From assembly GCF_001194135.2 (NCBI RefSeq), contig NC_068986.1:52298387-52335642 (forward strand): a stretch of 37,256 nt of DNA. The letters are read 5' to 3'. Positions 33,905 to 37,256 of this stretch are shown piece by piece. The stretch's first letter is position 1. Every line of letters starts with the position of its first letter. Origin of the DNA: Octopus bimaculoides (lineage: Eukaryota). The notes under the pieces were generated by a model. The model saw only the letters and a list, made by a program, of their open reading frames with translations, was not told the origin of the DNA and did no database searches. The translations under genes and the position numbers were made by a program.

Positions 33905-34418
33905 GATTTCATTTATTTGCCACTAGGCCGAAGGATAAGGGGGACAATACAAAACAGACATAACGTGTGTGCGGGGTGACATATATAATGAAATGAAATA
34001 ATAAATAAATAAACAAAAAAGAGTAAGTATACACGGTATATAATGAAAAGGAAGGGAAATATATAGTATACAAAGGTTAAAAAAGAAAAAGAAAAGGAGA
34101 ATGATAGTTATGTAGTCCTCCTGATACAGGATGATCTCTAAGGGTAATCGAGGAGCTCTACTGTCCAAGATCTCCCTGAACACCAAAGGCAAGTTCCCTC
34201 TCGAATTTCCTTTCTCCGACTCACAGGTTTACACTCAGAGAGGTACTATCCACTCTTGCTATTTTCGAAACTTTCACTCACCCTTCGATAAACTCACTCG
34301 AGGACAGCACTTCCCTCTCCAACCATAATTTCCTTTTCAAGTTAAACTTGAAGAAGTCAATGAGACCTCTACCAAACAGGAATGTATCTGTCCTCATGCT
34401 TTTCAGCTTCGTCCACTA
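33905..34418 (-). mobile_element. 3' end of a Tx1/L1-clade LINE, copy 1
   Basis: 34415-34221 minus: WTKLKSMRTDTFLFGRGLIDFFKFNLKRKLWLEREVLSSSEFIEG*VKVSKIARVDSTSLSVNL*, like the Tx1 ORF2 C-terminus (W..R...F...L...E...F...W). The 3' UTR ends GTGGCAAATAAATGAAA + (ATC/ATT)n. Confidence 0.65.
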
Positions 34419-34423
34419 TGCCT

Positions 34424-34998
34424 AATAACCGCCAAAGCTGATAAACCGGGTATTGTTGTGAAAGATGAAAACAATAAAGTTTGCTTATTGATCGACATGA
34501 GTTTTCCTTATGATCACAATATCTCACAAAAGAATTTGACAAGCTCAGAAACTATAAAGATTTGCTCATTGAAATTGAAACGATGTGGCTTCTCAAGGCA
34601 GTTACAATACCAGTGTTTGAAAGAGCACTAGGCATGATCAAAAAGGGAACTGAAAATTAATTGAGAAAGATTCCTGGCTTACCATCCATGGAAGAAGTAA
34701 AAAAGATTGTATTAACTGGTACGTTACACATATTGAGAAGAATATTCTTACTGTGAATTGTCTTTCATTTCACTCCGTTTATGTTTTTTATTTTATCATT
34801 TTTTCCCCATTTCCATTTTTTTATTTTTTCCTTTTTTGCCCTTTTTCTCTCTATCTTTTCCCCCCTTTTTTCTATCACATAACTTGACTTTGCAAATGAA
34901 CAACCTGGTGAGTTGAAACTAATGGCCTACCATGTATACAGTGTTCGTTTGTCCTAGATGTCAGGAAGATACTCGGCAAGAAATAGAAACAAAATTGA

Positions 34999-34999
<1 letters not shown>
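34424..34999 (+). mobile_element. 5'-truncated R4/Dong-clade element (subfamily 3): RLE domain + 3' UTR
   Basis: KADKPGIVVKDENNKVCLLIDMSFPYDHNISQK/EFDKLRNYKDLLIEIETMW...TIPVFERALGMIKKG...VLTGTLHILRRIFLL* (TGA 34754-56). Ends directly in (TAA)n. Confidence 0.8.
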
Positions 35000-35096
<97 letters not shown>

Positions 35097-35100
35097 TAAT
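35000..35100. repeat. (TAA)n tract
   Basis: Direct reading of the sequence. Confidence 0.95.
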
Positions 35101-35565
35101 TTCATTTATTGACCACCAGGGCTGACATATAGGGGAAAATACAGTAGATGTGGACAGTGGGAGTTTCAGACAAAAGAACGAGTACGCAATTAAAACAATA
35201 ACAGTAATATCAAACAAGGAGAATATAACAATGAAAGTTCCTTAGTAGGGGTAACCACCTGGGGTTGGCTCAGGTACCCCACCAATCTCGAACCACACGA
35301 CGCTTCGAGGGCACCCGCGAAGGGAACCCATCTCCCTCTCAAATTCACTAGCCTACAGGCACATTATTAGAGTAGGTCCATTTTCGCTACATTCACCCAC
35401 CTTTTAGCAAATGTACTGGGGGGGGGGCTCACTTTTCACTTTACGCTCATCTTCTTTTCCAAGTGAAATTTGAAAAATTTGATGCGGGACTGGCCTGAAA
35501 GGAAACTGCTGTCTTCGGTTCTTTCAACTTGGTCCATCATACAACCTCTTTTGCTACTGTTATCG
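35101..35565 (-). mobile_element. 3' end of a Tx1/L1-clade LINE, copy 2 (related subfamily)
   Basis: Minus: TVAKEVV*WTKLK.../IKFFKFHLEKK.../FAKRWVNVAKM. The 3' end TGTATTTTCCCC...GGTGGTCAATAAATGAAA + (ATT)n is similar to copy 1. Confidence 0.65.
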
Positions 35566-36945
35566 CAGGGTAAGGCCAATACTCAAGACAGAGCTGAATG
35601 CAACAAACAGGATCGAAGCAATCAATACTTTAACCATACCGCTCGTGACTTATAGTTTCAAAACCATTAACTGGTCAGTTTCTGAAATATGTAATCTTGA
35701 CTGAAAAATACGAGAATTGTTGACAATGCATTGAATGTACCACCCTAAGAATGACTTTACCTGTCAAAAAAAAGCGTGTGGCCGTGGACATTTACAACTG
35801 GAATTAACGATGAAGCTTGCCACAATTGGCTTCGACACCTACCTGAAAAACTCTGATGACTGGATGTTAAAACTTGTCTAAAAGCACGAAAGCAAGACAG
35901 CATCATACTCAGTAACAAAAGAGGCAAAATGAATTCCAAATCGAAGTGAATTCCAAATAAGGCAAATACCAGAATTAGACGTACTAGAAACAAATGCAGA
36001 AAAAGCTAAGCGTATGAAAACCCATGCTAAAATGTTGCTGCCTTAAATACTCTTACTTATAAATGGCGAGAAAAACCTATCAATGACATATACCCAAAGA
36101 GAGAAATAGTGCACATGTTGACAAAGCCCTTATCCATCAATGGTTAGTGTACTCTGGCTTAAAAACAGAAGCAAAAGGGTTTATCATCGCAGCCCAAGAT
36201 CAATGCCTACCTATAGGGAACTGCCAGGCTCACATATTAAAGAACGGCAGTAGCTCAACATGTCTTGTATGTAAACAACAAAATGAAACCATTGATCATG
36301 TTATCTCCATGTGTATCTCAACAGGCATGATAGAGCAGCACAGTATATTCTCTGGGCAATTTGAAAAAAAACCTGGACCTGCTCCATGATAAAAACTGGT
36401 GGGAACACACAACACCTCCAGTGCTTGAAAATGATCACATCTCACTCTTCTGGAACTTCACCATTCAAACTGACAGATATAATGCCTCTTCATTGATATG
36501 ACTGTCCCAACCCGCATAAATGTATCTGTGAAGATCAACCAAAAACTGAGCAAGTATAAAGATCTTGAAATAGATATTGGCAAAATATGGAACCTCAAGA
36601 CTAAAACAATACCTGTTTTCATAGGTGCCCTAGGAGTGATAGCAAAAAGGGGATGATTCCTACCTAGCTCAGATACCAGGAAGCTCCAAAATGGAAGAAA
36701 TTCAAAAGATGGTGCTCATGGGAACTGCCCATATCCAACGTAAAATACTGTGTACGTAAGCTCAAATTTTAAAACAAACTCATAATTTTCTTATGTCTTG
36801 TTAAATATTCTCTAAAACAATACTATGTACAAAACTAAATTTATGACACCCTAGACATAACACCAACAACTTCTAACTTGTTTCTCTTGAGATCTCTGGT
36901 TGAGACTTGGAACCAACTTGTACAAATACAAAGCAAAGGTCAAAC

Positions 36946-36948
<3 letters not shown>
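35561..36948 (+). mobile_element. 5'-truncated R4/Dong-clade element (subfamily 1), RT thumb to 3' end, decayed
   Basis: YRRVRPILKTELNATNRIEAINTLTIPLVTYSF...W; GFIIAAQDQCL; CLVCKQQNETIDHVISMC (CCHC); YLNRHD; LFWNFTIQTD; KLSKYKDLEIDI..W..KTIPVFIGALG; MVLMGTAHIQRKIL. Ends in (TAA)n. Confidence 0.88.

Positions 36949-37013
<65 letters not shown>
36949..37013. repeat. (TAA)n tract between two R4-type elements
   Basis: Direct reading of the sequence. Confidence 0.95.
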
Positions 37014-37256
37014 GTCAATGAACTAGATAGGATACAACATACACAAATGAAAGAAAAAATAAAGAAAGAGTACTATAGACGAGTTAGATCAATACTAAAA
37101 ACAGAGCTCAATGCTAAAAACAAGATAATGGGTATCAACACTTTAGCTGTCCCAGTTATAAGCTACAGCTACAACATCCTTAACTGGACACTAAACGAAC
37201 TATGTAAAATAGACAGGAAAGCAAGAAAAATAATGACAGGATATAGGATGCACCAC
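37014..37256 (+). mobile_element. 5'-truncated R4/Dong-clade element running off the window, with an open frame
   Basis: 81 codons without a stop: VNELDRIQHTQMKEKIKKEYYRRVRSILKTELNAKNKIMGINTLAVPVISYSYNILNWTLNELCKIDRKARKIMTGYRMHH (post-YKYLG RT thumb). Confidence 0.85.

Noticed and set aside
1-37256. CRISPR array, rRNA, operons or phage genes
   Set aside because: None seen. All periodic sequence is simple repeat or eukaryotic transposon-derived.

Overview
Repeat-saturated, AT-rich eukaryotic DNA with many microsatellites and several N gaps. The SINE families and simple-repeat style look like an Octopus genome (inference). No intact protein-coding gene is supported: the long ORFs in the track are microsatellite or N artefacts or decayed transposases. 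The window holds three near-full-length decayed Tc1/mariner elements with both TIRs, two partial ones, fragments of RTE, CR1, Tx1-like, Penelope (GIY-YIG) and five R4/Dong-clade (RLE) retrotransposons, three tRNA-derived SINE families, and a 556-bp non-coding element sitting in (TAA)n tracts. The strongest find is at 13435-13962: a 322-nt unit plus a partial second copy, with a type I hammerhead ribozyme at the junction. The repeat starts within 1 nt of the predicted GUC cleavage site and the monomer ends base-pair into a long rod. This is the architecture of a non-LTR retrozyme (circular-RNA retroelement). Other notable structures are a second, minimal hammerhead (24138-24164), a (TAA)n-centred stack of retroelements with two head-to-head Tx1/R4 junctions (33218-37256), and a 100%-identical 231-bp local copy of a dead RTE segment. 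Identities and pairings were judged by eye and boundaries are approximate (about +/-10 bp unless stated).
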